From: Leptospiraceae bacterium
Lineage (GTDB): Bacteria > Spirochaetota > Leptospiria > Leptospirales > Leptonemataceae
Direction of reading: 5' to 3'
Length of the DNA stretch: 64,000 nucleotides
NCBI GenBank assembly: GCA_026418015.1
Contig: JAOACE010000017.1
Span: forward strand, 7,514-71,513
Shown piece by piece: positions 1 to 8,527 of this stretch (position 1 is its first letter; every line of letters starts with the position of its first letter). The position numbers were made by a program, and so were the translations under genes. The notes beneath the pieces are model-generated. The model was given only the letters and a program-made list of their open reading frames with translations. It was not told the origin of the DNA and did no database searches.

Positions 1-1119
1 GGATATCTATTAGGTGTAAACTTAACCTTTTATTACGTTTTTGATCATAAACCAGAAGATACTTTTTGGTGTACAGCAGATATCGGTTGGATTACGGGAC
101 ATAGCTACATTGTTTATGGTCCTCTATCTAATGGTGCAACAAGCTTGATGTTCGAAGGTGTTCCCAATTATCCCGATCCTGGTCGTTTTTGGGAAGTGGT
201 AGATCGATATCAAGTAAACGTATTTTATACAGCTCCAACAGCAATTCGAGCTTTAATGAGAGAAGGAACCAAATGGGTAGAAAAATATAAGTTGAATTCT
301 CTAAGATTATTAGGAACCGTAGGAGAACCTATTAACCCAGAGGCTTGGGAATGGTATTATGAACATGTGGGTAAAAAACGTTGTCCTATTGTGGATACAT
401 GGTGGCAAACAGAAACTGGTGCGATTATGATCACACCGCTACCAGGTGCTTGGGATTTACTTCCAGGTTCTGCTACAAAACCATTCTTTGGTGTGCAACC
501 AGTGTTAGTAGACAACGAAGGTAAAGAAATCACTCAAATGGAAGCAAGCGGTAATCTATGTATTAAATTTCCCTGGCCATCGATGATGAGAGGTGTTTAT
601 GGTGATCCAGATAGATTTTATAATACATATTTTGTACAATATAAAGGATATTATTTTACTGGCGATGGTGCAAAAAGAACAAAAGAAGGATATTATATCA
701 TTACTGGACGTGTTGATGATGTATTGAATGTATCTGGTCATAGAATTGGAACAGCAGAAATCGAAAGTGCATTGGTTGAACATCCATCTGTTGCAGAAGC
801 AGCTGTTGTAGGTTATCCACACGAAATCAAAGGTCAAGGCATCTATGCATATGTAACTGTCAAAGCTGGTATTAATCCGAATGACGAACTAAAAAAAGAA
901 TTAATTGAATTGGTTGCAGAAAAAATAGGTAAAATAGCTAAACCTGATGTAATTCACTGGGCTCCGGGTCTTCCTAAAACCCGTTCGGGAAAAATTATGC
1001 GAAGAATTCTTAGAAAGATTGCAGAAGGTGAATTTAATAACTTAGGAGATATTACAACATTAGCAGATCCATCTGTGGTTCAAACTTTAATCGAAGATAA
1101 AAAACGCTTCCATAGTTAA
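1..1119 (+). CDS. acs: Acetyl-CoA synthetase (AMP-forming), C-terminal ~370 aa; the 5' end lies outside the window
   Basis: Frame 1 is open from nt 1 ([32 protein letters not shown]) into the listed ORF. Adenylate-forming enzyme blocks are present: [45 protein letters not shown], and the C-terminal [11 protein letters not shown] lysine motif. Confidence 0.95.
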   Translation, partial: GYLLGVNLTFYYVFDHKPEDTFWCTADIGWITGHSYIVYGPLSNGATSLMFEGVPNYPDPGRFWEVVDRYQVNVFYTAPTAIRALMREGTKWVEKYKLNSLRLLGTVGEPINPEAWEWYYEHVGKKRCPIVDTWWQTETGAIMITPLPGAWDLLPGSATKPFFGVQPVLVDNEGKEITQMEASGNLCIKFPWPSMMRGVYGDPDRFYNTYFVQYKGYYFTGDGAKRTKEGYYIITGRVDDVLNVSGHRIGTAEIESALVEHPSVAEAAVVGYPHEIKGQGIYAYVTVKAGINPNDELKKELIELVAEKIGKIAKPDVIHWAPGLPKTRSGKIMRRILRKIAEGEFNNLGDITTLADPSVVQTLIEDKKRFHS

Positions 1120-1122
1120 AAG

Positions 1123-1151
1123 AAAGCCCTCCTGTGGGCTTTTTCTTTTTT
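1123..1151 (+). terminator. Rho-independent terminator of acs
   Basis: Stem AAAGCCC (1123-1129) pairs with GGGCTTT (1136-1142) around a 6-nt loop, followed by a T-rich run (TTTTTCTTTTTT). It starts 4 nt after the acs stop codon. Confidence 0.8.
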
Positions 1152-1925
1152 GTGAATCCAGAGAAAATCATTTGTTTAACAGAAGAATATGTAGAATTGC
1201 TCTATCTATTAGGAGAACAAAAAAGAATTGTTGGTATCTCTTCTTTTGTAAAAAGACCACCAGAAGCAATTAAAGAAAAACCAATTGTTACATCCTTTAT
1301 CAAAGCTAATATAAAAAAGATCAATGAATTGCAACCAGATATAATATTAGGATTTTCGGACATTCAAGCAGAAATAGCCAAAGAATTGGTTTTAAACCAT
1401 CATAATGTATTTATTTCGAACCAAAGAAGTATCGAAGAAATCTTTCGCGTTATGTATTGGGTCAGTATAATTGTTGGAAAAGAAAAAGAATTTTTACAAC
1501 TAGAAGAAAAATGGAAAAACAAAATAAATTATTATAATAATATAACAAAAAATAATAATAAAAAATATAAAATATTATTTATAGAATGGGATGATCCAAT
1601 TATCGGTGGAATTTGTTGGGTCGAAGAACTATTGGAGATTCTAAACGTAGAGTTATGTTTTCCCGAATTAAAAAATAAAAAGCAAGCAAAAGATCGAATT
1701 CTTTCGATAGAAGAAATCAATCAAGTCAATCCTGATGTTATAATTAATTCGTGGTGCGGAAAAAAAACAGATTTTGATTGGTTAAAAAAAACCTTTTCGA
1801 ATACAAATGCTATAAAAAACAATTGCATATACGAAATTGATCCTGCAATTATTCTACAACCAGGTCCTGCATTATTCGAAGAAGGAATTGATGTATTGTA
1901 TCGAATTATTTATTCCGAAGAATAA
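1134..1925 (+). CDS. Binding-protein-fold (BtuF/TroA-like, cobalamin/siderophore-binding type) protein without an obvious signal peptide
   Basis: The blocks RIVGISSF, LQPDIILGF, NSWCGKK and LQPGPALFEEG resemble class III (BtuF-like) binding proteins. Only non-ATG starts are available (GTG 1134 or GTG 1152), and both lie inside the acs terminator. There is an Asn/Lys-rich insert, KINYYNNITKNNNKKYK. Confidence 0.55.
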   Translation: MGFFFFVNPEKIICLTEEYVELLYLLGEQKRIVGISSFVKRPPEAIKEKPIVTSFIKANIKKINELQPDIILGFSDIQAEIAKELVLNHHNVFISNQRSIEEIFRVMYWVSIIVGKEKEFLQLEEKWKNKINYYNNITKNNNKKYKILFIEWDDPIIGGICWVEELLEILNVELCFPELKNKKQAKDRILSIEEINQVNPDVIINSWCGKKTDFDWLKKTFSNTNAIKNNCIYEIDPAIILQPGPALFEEGIDVLYRIIYSEE

Positions 1926-3388
1926 AACTTTTGATAAAGTTTTTCTTTTAAGTCGTTAAGATTATAATAAAAAGCAGGATAGGTCCTATCGAAAAAAACG
2001 CTTTGGTGGTATTCTACTAACTTGCTTCTTTCGAGTTGTTTTTCTAGGTTGGATTTGATTTTAATGGTATATAAATGCATTTTATGGTTGAGTTTTAAGA
2101 ACTCTTCGTGAATCAAAGAACCATATGTTGTTGATTCTTTTTCTATACGAATTAATAAATCTTTATAAATATTTTTTAATTTATTTTGGTTTAAAATATT
2201 TGTATCATAATAGTAATTTTTTTTGTATTTGCTGTATTTTGAATCGTAGAAGTTTTTTAGGTGTATTAAAAACATTTTTTGTTGTTTTAATTCACATTCC
2301 TCTTTTAAAAATATCTCTGGGTTGAACTTCCATTTTCTTAGTTTTTTAGTAATCATTTCGCTTGGTTCGCTATATAGTGCAATAGATGCCTTAGATAAAA
2401 TAGGAATTGTTGCAGTAGAAACTATATGAGGAGATAATTCCTCTTTAAAGAATTCTTTTAGAATTTCTTCCGAAAGTAGATCATAAAATCCACCTCCTGT
2501 TCCATGGATCATTAAGTCCGATAAAAAAATTCTAATACAAATACTTAAAGTAATTGCTTTTGGAAAAATATGATTTTTATTTATATCATCATCTATTGTT
2601 AATGTTTGTCGCATATATCCATCGCTTTTCCAAAAAGGAAGCTCATTTTCTTTTAGGTTAGAAAAAGGATAATGAGGATTCTTTATATGATGAATCTTAC
2701 GAAATTCATCGAGTTTTCTGTTATATATTTCTCTAAACCTTTGGTGTTCTATCTTAATTTGTTGTAAGATTTCTCTAAAGCTTTGTGTTTTAACCAAATC
2801 CGAAACATAGATGGGTTTTACTTGTACGTTAAGTTGATTCATTAAAAATTCGTTGATGAGAACTGATAGTTTTGCAACAGTTAAATCTTTTATTTCTAGA
2901 ATATTTATACAATATTCTAACGTTTCTTTTATTTTGGGAACAATAGTTGGATCAAAGATATGGTATAAACGAATCATCCATTCTTTTATAAAATATATTA
3001 ACTGATTTTTTTTATTATTATTAATAATTTGATTTAATAAAATTTCTTTATGATTGCTTAATCCAATATGCTGCTTAAAATATGTTTGGTTTTCGAACCA
3101 TATAAACTTCCAATCAATTTTTTCGATGTCATTATCTAATACTAAGTAATATGCTTTACCTTGAACTTGTTTTGCAATGATATCTGCTAATATTAACTTT
3201 ATAAATATGCCCGGATAATAGATAATTGGTTGGTGCCCTGTCATTATAATGGGTTGATTTTTGGGTATGTTTAATTCTTCTTTAAACTGATTTTTTCTTT
3301 GCTGGATTGAACTAGATGATTTCGATTTTTTTAACAAAAGAGGTTGTAATTCGTTCCATTTATGAGAAAGATAGATTTGATATTGCAT
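1910..3388 (-). CDS. BshC-like protein (putative cysteine-adding ligase family), divergent
   Basis: MTGHQPIIYYPGIFIKLIL resembles the BshC N-terminal (T)G(H/Q)Q..G..GP.Y...K block, and HGTGGGFYD resembles the later IAGPGE..YW block. The gene lies 8 nt downstream of a BshB1-like deacetylase gene. The assignment rests on my memory of the family, not on a search. Confidence 0.4.
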   Translation of the reverse strand: MQYQIYLSHKWNELQPLLLKKSKSSSSIQQRKNQFKEELNIPKNQPIIMTGHQPIIYYPGIFIKLILADIIAKQVQGKAYYLVLDNDIEKIDWKFIWFENQTYFKQHIGLSNHKEILLNQIINNNKKNQLIYFIKEWMIRLYHIFDPTIVPKIKETLEYCINILEIKDLTVAKLSVLINEFLMNQLNVQVKPIYVSDLVKTQSFREILQQIKIEHQRFREIYNRKLDEFRKIHHIKNPHYPFSNLKENELPFWKSDGYMRQTLTIDDDINKNHIFPKAITLSICIRIFLSDLMIHGTGGGFYDLLSEEILKEFFKEELSPHIVSTATIPILSKASIALYSEPSEMITKKLRKWKFNPEIFLKEECELKQQKMFLIHLKNFYDSKYSKYKKNYYYDTNILNQNKLKNIYKDLLIRIEKESTTYGSLIHEEFLKLNHKMHLYTIKIKSNLEKQLERSKLVEYHQSVFFDRTYPAFYYNLNDLKEKLYQKFYSSE

Positions 3389-3395
3389 AGTTTTT

Positions 3396-4076
3396 TTATT
3401 TATATCCTAATGGCCAATTATAAAACAAAGGAATTTCTTTTTGAAAAAATGGCTCTGCTGCTTCTGTATGAACTTGAATGCCCCAGTATTTATTTTCTAT
3501 TAATAAACTTTCGATAATATTTTCTTTTTTCGATAAAATAAATTGAGATTTGTAGCAATATATAGCTTCTTTCTTTTTTTCTAAGTATTTGGAAATATCT
3601 ACCAAAAAAGAGGGATTGATTCTTAATCGTATATGAATCGGAAAATAATAAATGATTCTTTTAGGAAAAAATGGTTCTCCGGGTATGTCGGTTTTAGTAA
3701 GTTTTGCATAGAACCTAGAAGCATCTACTAGTTTAGATGCTGCAATATGATCGGGATGTGCATCTTCAAAGTAAGGAGCAAAGATATATTTTGGTCGAAA
3801 ATCGCGAATGATTGCTGCAATTTTTTTTCTGTTTTCTATGGTATCTTCTAAATAACGATTGGGTAAATCTAAGGTAATCCTTTTAACACCCAATACCTTA
3901 GCAGCTTCTTCGGATTCTTTTTTTCTTATTTCTGGAGAACCATAAGGTGTTGGTTCACCATTGGTTAGATCTAAAATCAAAACATCGTATCCTTGATCTA
4001 CTAATAATGCAACTGTTCCCCCCATACCCATTTCTACATCATCTGGATGGGCACCAACACACATAATGGTCTTCAT
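3396..4076 (-). CDS. PIG-L family N-acetylglucosaminyl deacetylase (BshB1-like)
   Basis: VGAHPDDVEMGMGG, DLTNGEPTPYG and EDAHPDH match the PIG-L/LmbE zinc-deacetylase signature and the BshB1 layout. Confidence 0.8.
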   Translation of the reverse strand: MKTIMCVGAHPDDVEMGMGGTVALLVDQGYDVLILDLTNGEPTPYGSPEIRKKESEEAAKVLGVKRITLDLPNRYLEDTIENRKKIAAIIRDFRPKYIFAPYFEDAHPDHIAASKLVDASRFYAKLTKTDIPGEPFFPKRIIYYFPIHIRLRINPSFLVDISKYLEKKKEAIYCYKSQFILSKKENIIESLLIENKYWGIQVHTEAAEPFFQKEIPLFYNWPLGYK

Positions 4077-4086
4077 TTAAAACAAT

Positions 4087-4851
4087 TTATAGAATATTCT
4101 CGTATCGAAAAGAATTTTTTAGCATAAGTTCTCGCGTAATGTAAAAATCATATTTTACTGGATCATTAGGAGCAAATTGACAAAAATAGTTGGTAATAAT
4201 CAATGCATTTTTTCTAGAACTTATTTTAGATTTTATTAATTGATTTTTATAAGCAAAGTTTAATATATGCGTATCGATGGGATAAACTAATATTTTTGGT
4301 TCAAAAAAATCATAGATACCTAAATCAGGGAAGTCTTTTCTTATCATCCAACGAAAAAATAAGCAATATCGCTTTAAAACAGAATTTTGATTTCCTAGAC
4401 AAAAATAATGTTTTAAACCATCACTTAGAAATTTATTTGGTATGTAATCTTGAATTTCTCTAATGAATGGATCAATTATTTCGTAAATATTATTAACTTT
4501 TTTATTTAATAAATAGTTTTTTATATTATTATTTATAAAAAATTTTTTTAATGTTATTATGATATTTTTTATATCGTTTTTATTTTGAAAGCGGTAATAC
4601 AGATCAATATTAGAATTTTCTCTAAAATTTAGAATTTTTTCGTATGGATTAGGTTGTAGGATTTTTATAAGATTATCCATAAATCGAAACATAGCTTTGA
4701 TATTTCCGTAGGCAAAAAGAGCAATCATAAGCCCCACTAATTCTACGTTTTGGGGCTCATTAAAATAATAACAATATTTGATTGGATCTGTTAGAATATA
4801 TCTCTTGTGATGATATTTTTTTTCTAAACTTTTTAGATAATCTAAGTTCAT
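4087..4851 (-). CDS. TIGR02757 / DUF2400 family protein
   Basis: The blocks LFAYGN, FFRWMIRKDFPDLGIY, YPIDTHI and NDPVKYDF are characteristic of DUF2400. The start overlaps the stop of the upstream SpoIIE gene by 4 nt. Confidence 0.65.
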   Translation of the reverse strand: MNLDYLKSLEKKYHHKRYILTDPIKYCYYFNEPQNVELVGLMIALFAYGNIKAMFRFMDNLIKILQPNPYEKILNFRENSNIDLYYRFQNKNDIKNIIITLKKFFINNNIKNYLLNKKVNNIYEIIDPFIREIQDYIPNKFLSDGLKHYFCLGNQNSVLKRYCLFFRWMIRKDFPDLGIYDFFEPKILVYPIDTHILNFAYKNQLIKSKISSRKNALIITNYFCQFAPNDPVKYDFYITRELMLKNSFRYENIL

Positions 4852-7307
4852 AGAATGTTTGTTCTAAAAAGATTGCCAAGTAGAAGATCTAAGAGATTTT
4901 TTTGTGGATTATATTCGATCACTAAAAAGGTTGTATCGTCTTGAAATTCCTTTGATCCCCTAAAATCTTCAAGCGTTTTTAGAAGTTTTTTGGTTATTTC
5001 TTCTATTGGTAGTTCCGCACATTCCTCAATAAATTTTATAAAATTGTTTTCTCCAAAAAATTCATTATTTTGATTGGTTGTTTCTAACACACCGTCTGAG
5101 CATAAAAAGATTTTAGAACCTGGTTTTATTTTTAGTTCATAACTTTGATATGGGCTAGTTGATATACCTAATAGCTTTTGTGTTTTTTCGATTTTATAGA
5201 TAGGTTCATTTTTAGGTTTAATGTAGATGCCTGGATGTGCTGCATTAATGTATTCTATCTTATCTTGAGAAATATCTAAAATAAATGCAAATAACGTTAA
5301 GAATTCATATCCCATGTATCTATCTGTAAGAAAAAGGTTGATGGTGTTAACAGTTTCTGTTAGAGATTTGTTGTTTTCTAGAGAGTAGTGAACAATTGAA
5401 CGAACTGCACTAACAAGATATCCAGTGCCTAATCCATGACCACTTACATCTCCTAAAAATATAGCAATTTTATTTCGAGAAATGGGGATAATATCGATAT
5501 AATCGCCAGAAACAGATAGAGCAGGTTGATTAAAATATTGAATGTTGATACCCAAAGGAAAATTTTCTGTTCGAAATATTAGTTTTTTTTGAAACTTCCC
5601 CGATTGTATAATATAGCGAATTTTTTTTCTTTTGTCCACTTCGTGGAATAAAATATACATATTGGTTAACATCATCGAAGCTAACCGTGCAACTTCTTGT
5701 AAATATCTGATTTCTTTTAAATCAAATTTATTTCTATCTTTGGGAAACCCAATTAATAAAGCAGATTTTGGAAGTTCCTTTTCTAAGTTTCTTTTGTACA
5801 AAGAAAATTCTTCTTTTTTAAAGATATAATATATCTTATTAATTAAACGTAGAATAGATATATAAATGATTTTATAAATATCTTTTTTTTCTCCGAGCCC
5901 AAACAATAAAAGTATTTTATTTTCGTAGAGAAAATTAAAGAGTTGTTTTTTGGTTCCAGTAGAATATACGATATAAGTAGACGCAATGATTTTCTCTGGC
6001 TTTATAAACTTCCATATAGGTGTTGTCGTTGGAATTTCTAACACGATATCTTTACTAAGTTGGATATTAGGCAATACATTAGGAGGAAATAAAAATAAGC
6101 ATTTTTCTGTGTTTAATGTTTCTTGAATCTCTTTTAAAAAATTCTCAATTGCTAAATTGGGTCTAGATATTCGCGCTAAAATTTTAGATAACCTCATTAG
6201 AGAAATAATATATTCTTTTTCTGGTATCAGTATTTTGTTTTTTATATAATCAAATATTTTATGACGAATAGGATCTACAACTAGCGATAAAAATACCAAA
6301 AAAAATAAATCATAATAAATTCTATATTTAGAAACATGATAAGGAAAATACGAGGCATAAATATATATTGCTATAAAATAAATAGAAATAAAAGCAATTG
6401 TGACAATGCCCGTTATAAATGTTTTTGTGATTACAATTTGACTTGGAACAAGGTACATTCTGTATAAACTATAAGCAATCAAAAAAGGATAAACACTAGA
6501 AAACAGTAAATAAACAAACATATTAATATGATAAACATAGAACAATAAAATTAGTGGAAATAATCCGATAAGATTTCCTAGAATAAAACTTGAAATTTTT
6601 AACCTATCTATTTTATCCAAGTTTTTATCGAAAATTCTTAAAGAATTTATAAAAATAAAAATAGAAAAAATAATAATAAAAATATTATAAAAAAATATAA
6701 ATATATTTTCTTTAATTTTTTTTTCATCTTCTACTACTAAGTAAAGAATTATAAAACAAAAAATGATCGATTCTAAGAGTAAAATAAAGGTATTGATACT
6801 TTTTCCCAAAAATCTAATATTTAGGTTAACATATGATATAATAAACAATGTAGCAATAATACACCATAGAAAAAAATATAGAGGATTATTAGGATAGTAT
6901 ATTCCCAGTAAAAAAATAAAGATCAAAATCGATTTTAGAAAAAAGAAAATAGAAAAAAATAAATCATACAACAATTCGTAAAACCAAAAAGAAAAATACA
7001 ATGCAACCAAACTAATTATTATGGGAATGTAGAATAATTCAAGAAATTTACTAAATGTATATTCTTTTTTGTATAAGATATATTTGGTTCCATCTTCTAA
7101 TTCTAAAATACTTTTAATTTCTGATATTGATTCAATCTTTTTAATTTTTTTTAATAATAAATTCTCGTATGGAACATCCAGCAGCAACATTTTATTATTA
7201 AAAGAGTAAAAAACAGGCTCACGCGATTGTGGGTTTTTAAAAAATAGATAATATGTAAAGAAAATTATAATAATGATTAAAAAGTCTATGGTAGAATGAT
7301 GTTTCAT
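4848..7307 (-). CDS. Multi-pass membrane SpoIIE/PP2C-family protein serine phosphatase
   Basis: The N-terminal ~330 aa are highly hydrophobic (about 10 predicted TM segments). The C-terminal PP2C core is intact: SGDYIDIIP, FLGDVSGHGLGTGYLVSAVRS, LCSDGVLET, QDDTTFLVIE. Confidence 0.8.
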   Translation of the reverse strand: MKHHSTIDFLIIIIIFFTYYLFFKNPQSREPVFYSFNNKMLLLDVPYENLLLKKIKKIESISEIKSILELEDGTKYILYKKEYTFSKFLELFYIPIIISLVALYFSFWFYELLYDLFFSIFFFLKSILIFIFLLGIYYPNNPLYFFLWCIIATLFIISYVNLNIRFLGKSINTFILLLESIIFCFIILYLVVEDEKKIKENIFIFFYNIFIIIFSIFIFINSLRIFDKNLDKIDRLKISSFILGNLIGLFPLILLFYVYHINMFVYLLFSSVYPFLIAYSLYRMYLVPSQIVITKTFITGIVTIAFISIYFIAIYIYASYFPYHVSKYRIYYDLFFLVFLSLVVDPIRHKIFDYIKNKILIPEKEYIISLMRLSKILARISRPNLAIENFLKEIQETLNTEKCLFLFPPNVLPNIQLSKDIVLEIPTTTPIWKFIKPEKIIASTYIVYSTGTKKQLFNFLYENKILLLFGLGEKKDIYKIIYISILRLINKIYYIFKKEEFSLYKRNLEKELPKSALLIGFPKDRNKFDLKEIRYLQEVARLASMMLTNMYILFHEVDKRKKIRYIIQSGKFQKKLIFRTENFPLGINIQYFNQPALSVSGDYIDIIPISRNKIAIFLGDVSGHGLGTGYLVSAVRSIVHYSLENNKSLTETVNTINLFLTDRYMGYEFLTLFAFILDISQDKIEYINAAHPGIYIKPKNEPIYKIEKTQKLLGISTSPYQSYELKIKPGSKIFLCSDGVLETTNQNNEFFGENNFIKFIEECAELPIEEITKKLLKTLEDFRGSKEFQDDTTFLVIEYNPQKNLLDLLLGNLFRTNIL

Positions 7308-7309
7308 TT

Positions 7310-8527
7310 TTAATTTCCTGTATATTCTAAACTAAATAAATAATTATCGCGATAATATAATTCATAAGTTTCTTTTGGTTCTAAAAAGATATTTCCGTTA
7401 TGGGGAATTCTGTAAAATTTATTTTTATGCTTTTTTAGAAAATATTGAGGAGAATTCCCTAAATATGTGTGTAAATATCTCTGATTTTTATCTATTTCGA
7501 TGATGAGTTCTTCAATAGGATAATCTTCGTGGACTAAGTCTTTTTCTTTTTTTAAAAACATTAAAAGGTTGTTAATATTAAAATTTTCTTTATTATAGGT
7601 TAAATAAGCGAATAAATAACCTAATTTGCCAGATAAGATCATAGCAGAAATACCATTTACTTTGGGTATCGATAAAATTATTATATAGTATTTATTATTA
7701 TTTTCGAAAAATTCCATGATGGATGCAGTATATACTTGTTTTAATTGTATTTTAAAATTCGGAATTGTAGGTGGTGTGCTGATTTGTAGCATTTGCCTAA
7801 TTTTTTCTGCAATTTTGATCTCTTCTTCGTATCTTGCAATGTTTTGAATGCGTTTTTTTAGAATATCGTCATGGATCAAAAAAGCAGATTTAATCGCATA
7901 GAGTTCTAATGCTCTATTAGCATGTTTATTTTCCGTAGGATGATGAAACGAAATGAATCCCATGAGTCGATTAAGATGGAAAAATGGTACAACAATGGAA
8001 ACATGAAATTTTTCTAGAATTGTTTTAATTTCTTGGTTATCTTGAAATTCTTTTTGATAAATAATATGATGGTATTTTCTGAGCAATTTTAACAGATAAA
8101 AAATTCTTTTTTTTGGGACTATCTGTACGTTTTCTATTTTTCCTTTATGGTACAAATACATGGTAAAATTTTTTTTGTCTGGGTTTAAAATAAATAATCT
8201 TGCTTCGGGGATTTTTAACCACGCCATGAGTTCTGGCGTAATCTGATAAATTAATTCTTTAATGGTAAAAAATTTTGCTAAAAATTCAAAATGATGGAAT
8301 TCTGAATGAATCAAATAATCCCAATTGGGAATGATAAAGTGTTGAGAAATTAAATATTCTTTTAGTGGAAAAAGAATTAGCAATAAAATGATTATGAACA
8401 ATATAATTAATGCATCTCGAGGAAGAAAAAGTGATAAAAAAAAATCAAAAATCAAGTATAATACAATAGCAAAAGCTGTCGTTATAAGGCTTAACCAATG
8501 TTTTTTAAAAAAATTATGAAATACCAT
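7310..8527 (-). CDS. Membrane-anchored GAF-like / degenerate SpoIIE-like protein (probable pseudophosphatase)
   Basis: It has two N-terminal TM segments. The SpoIIE-type lead-in (IKIAEKIRQMLQISTPPTIPNF) is followed by positions where GGD and GDVSGHG are replaced by IMEF and SIPKVNG, and the C-terminal DG..E and DD motifs are absent. I trimmed the start to ATG 8527, which shares one nucleotide with the argJ TGA stop (TGATG). Confidence 0.5.
   Translation of the reverse strand: MVFHNFFKKHWLSLITTAFAIVLYLIFDFFLSLFLPRDALIILFIIILLLILFPLKEYLISQHFIIPNWDYLIHSEFHHFEFLAKFFTIKELIYQITPELMAWLKIPEARLFILNPDKKNFTMYLYHKGKIENVQIVPKKRIFYLLKLLRKYHHIIYQKEFQDNQEIKTILEKFHVSIVVPFFHLNRLMGFISFHHPTENKHANRALELYAIKSAFLIHDDILKKRIQNIARYEEEIKIAEKIRQMLQISTPPTIPNFKIQLKQVYTASIMEFFENNNKYYIIILSIPKVNGISAMILSGKLGYLFAYLTYNKENFNINNLLMFLKKEKDLVHEDYPIEELIIEIDKNQRYLHTYLGNSPQYFLKKHKNKFYRIPHNGNIFLEPKETYELYYRDNYLFSLEYTGN

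Noticed and set aside
556-837. Many track ORFs of 60-130 aa lie antisense to, or out of frame within, strongly supported genes. Examples: 556-837, 1532-1720, 11500-11805, 14462-14704, 24458-24733, 24923-25246, 35897-36196, 37127-37733, 43889-44167, 46706-47020, 48482-48871, 57802-57999, 58114-58302, 60027-60311.
   Set aside because: These are shadow ORFs. Their low-complexity or Ser/Ile/Phe-rich translations are typical of the reverse frames of AT-rich genes. They have no start context or family motifs, and each is fully contained in a gene with clear homology signatures.
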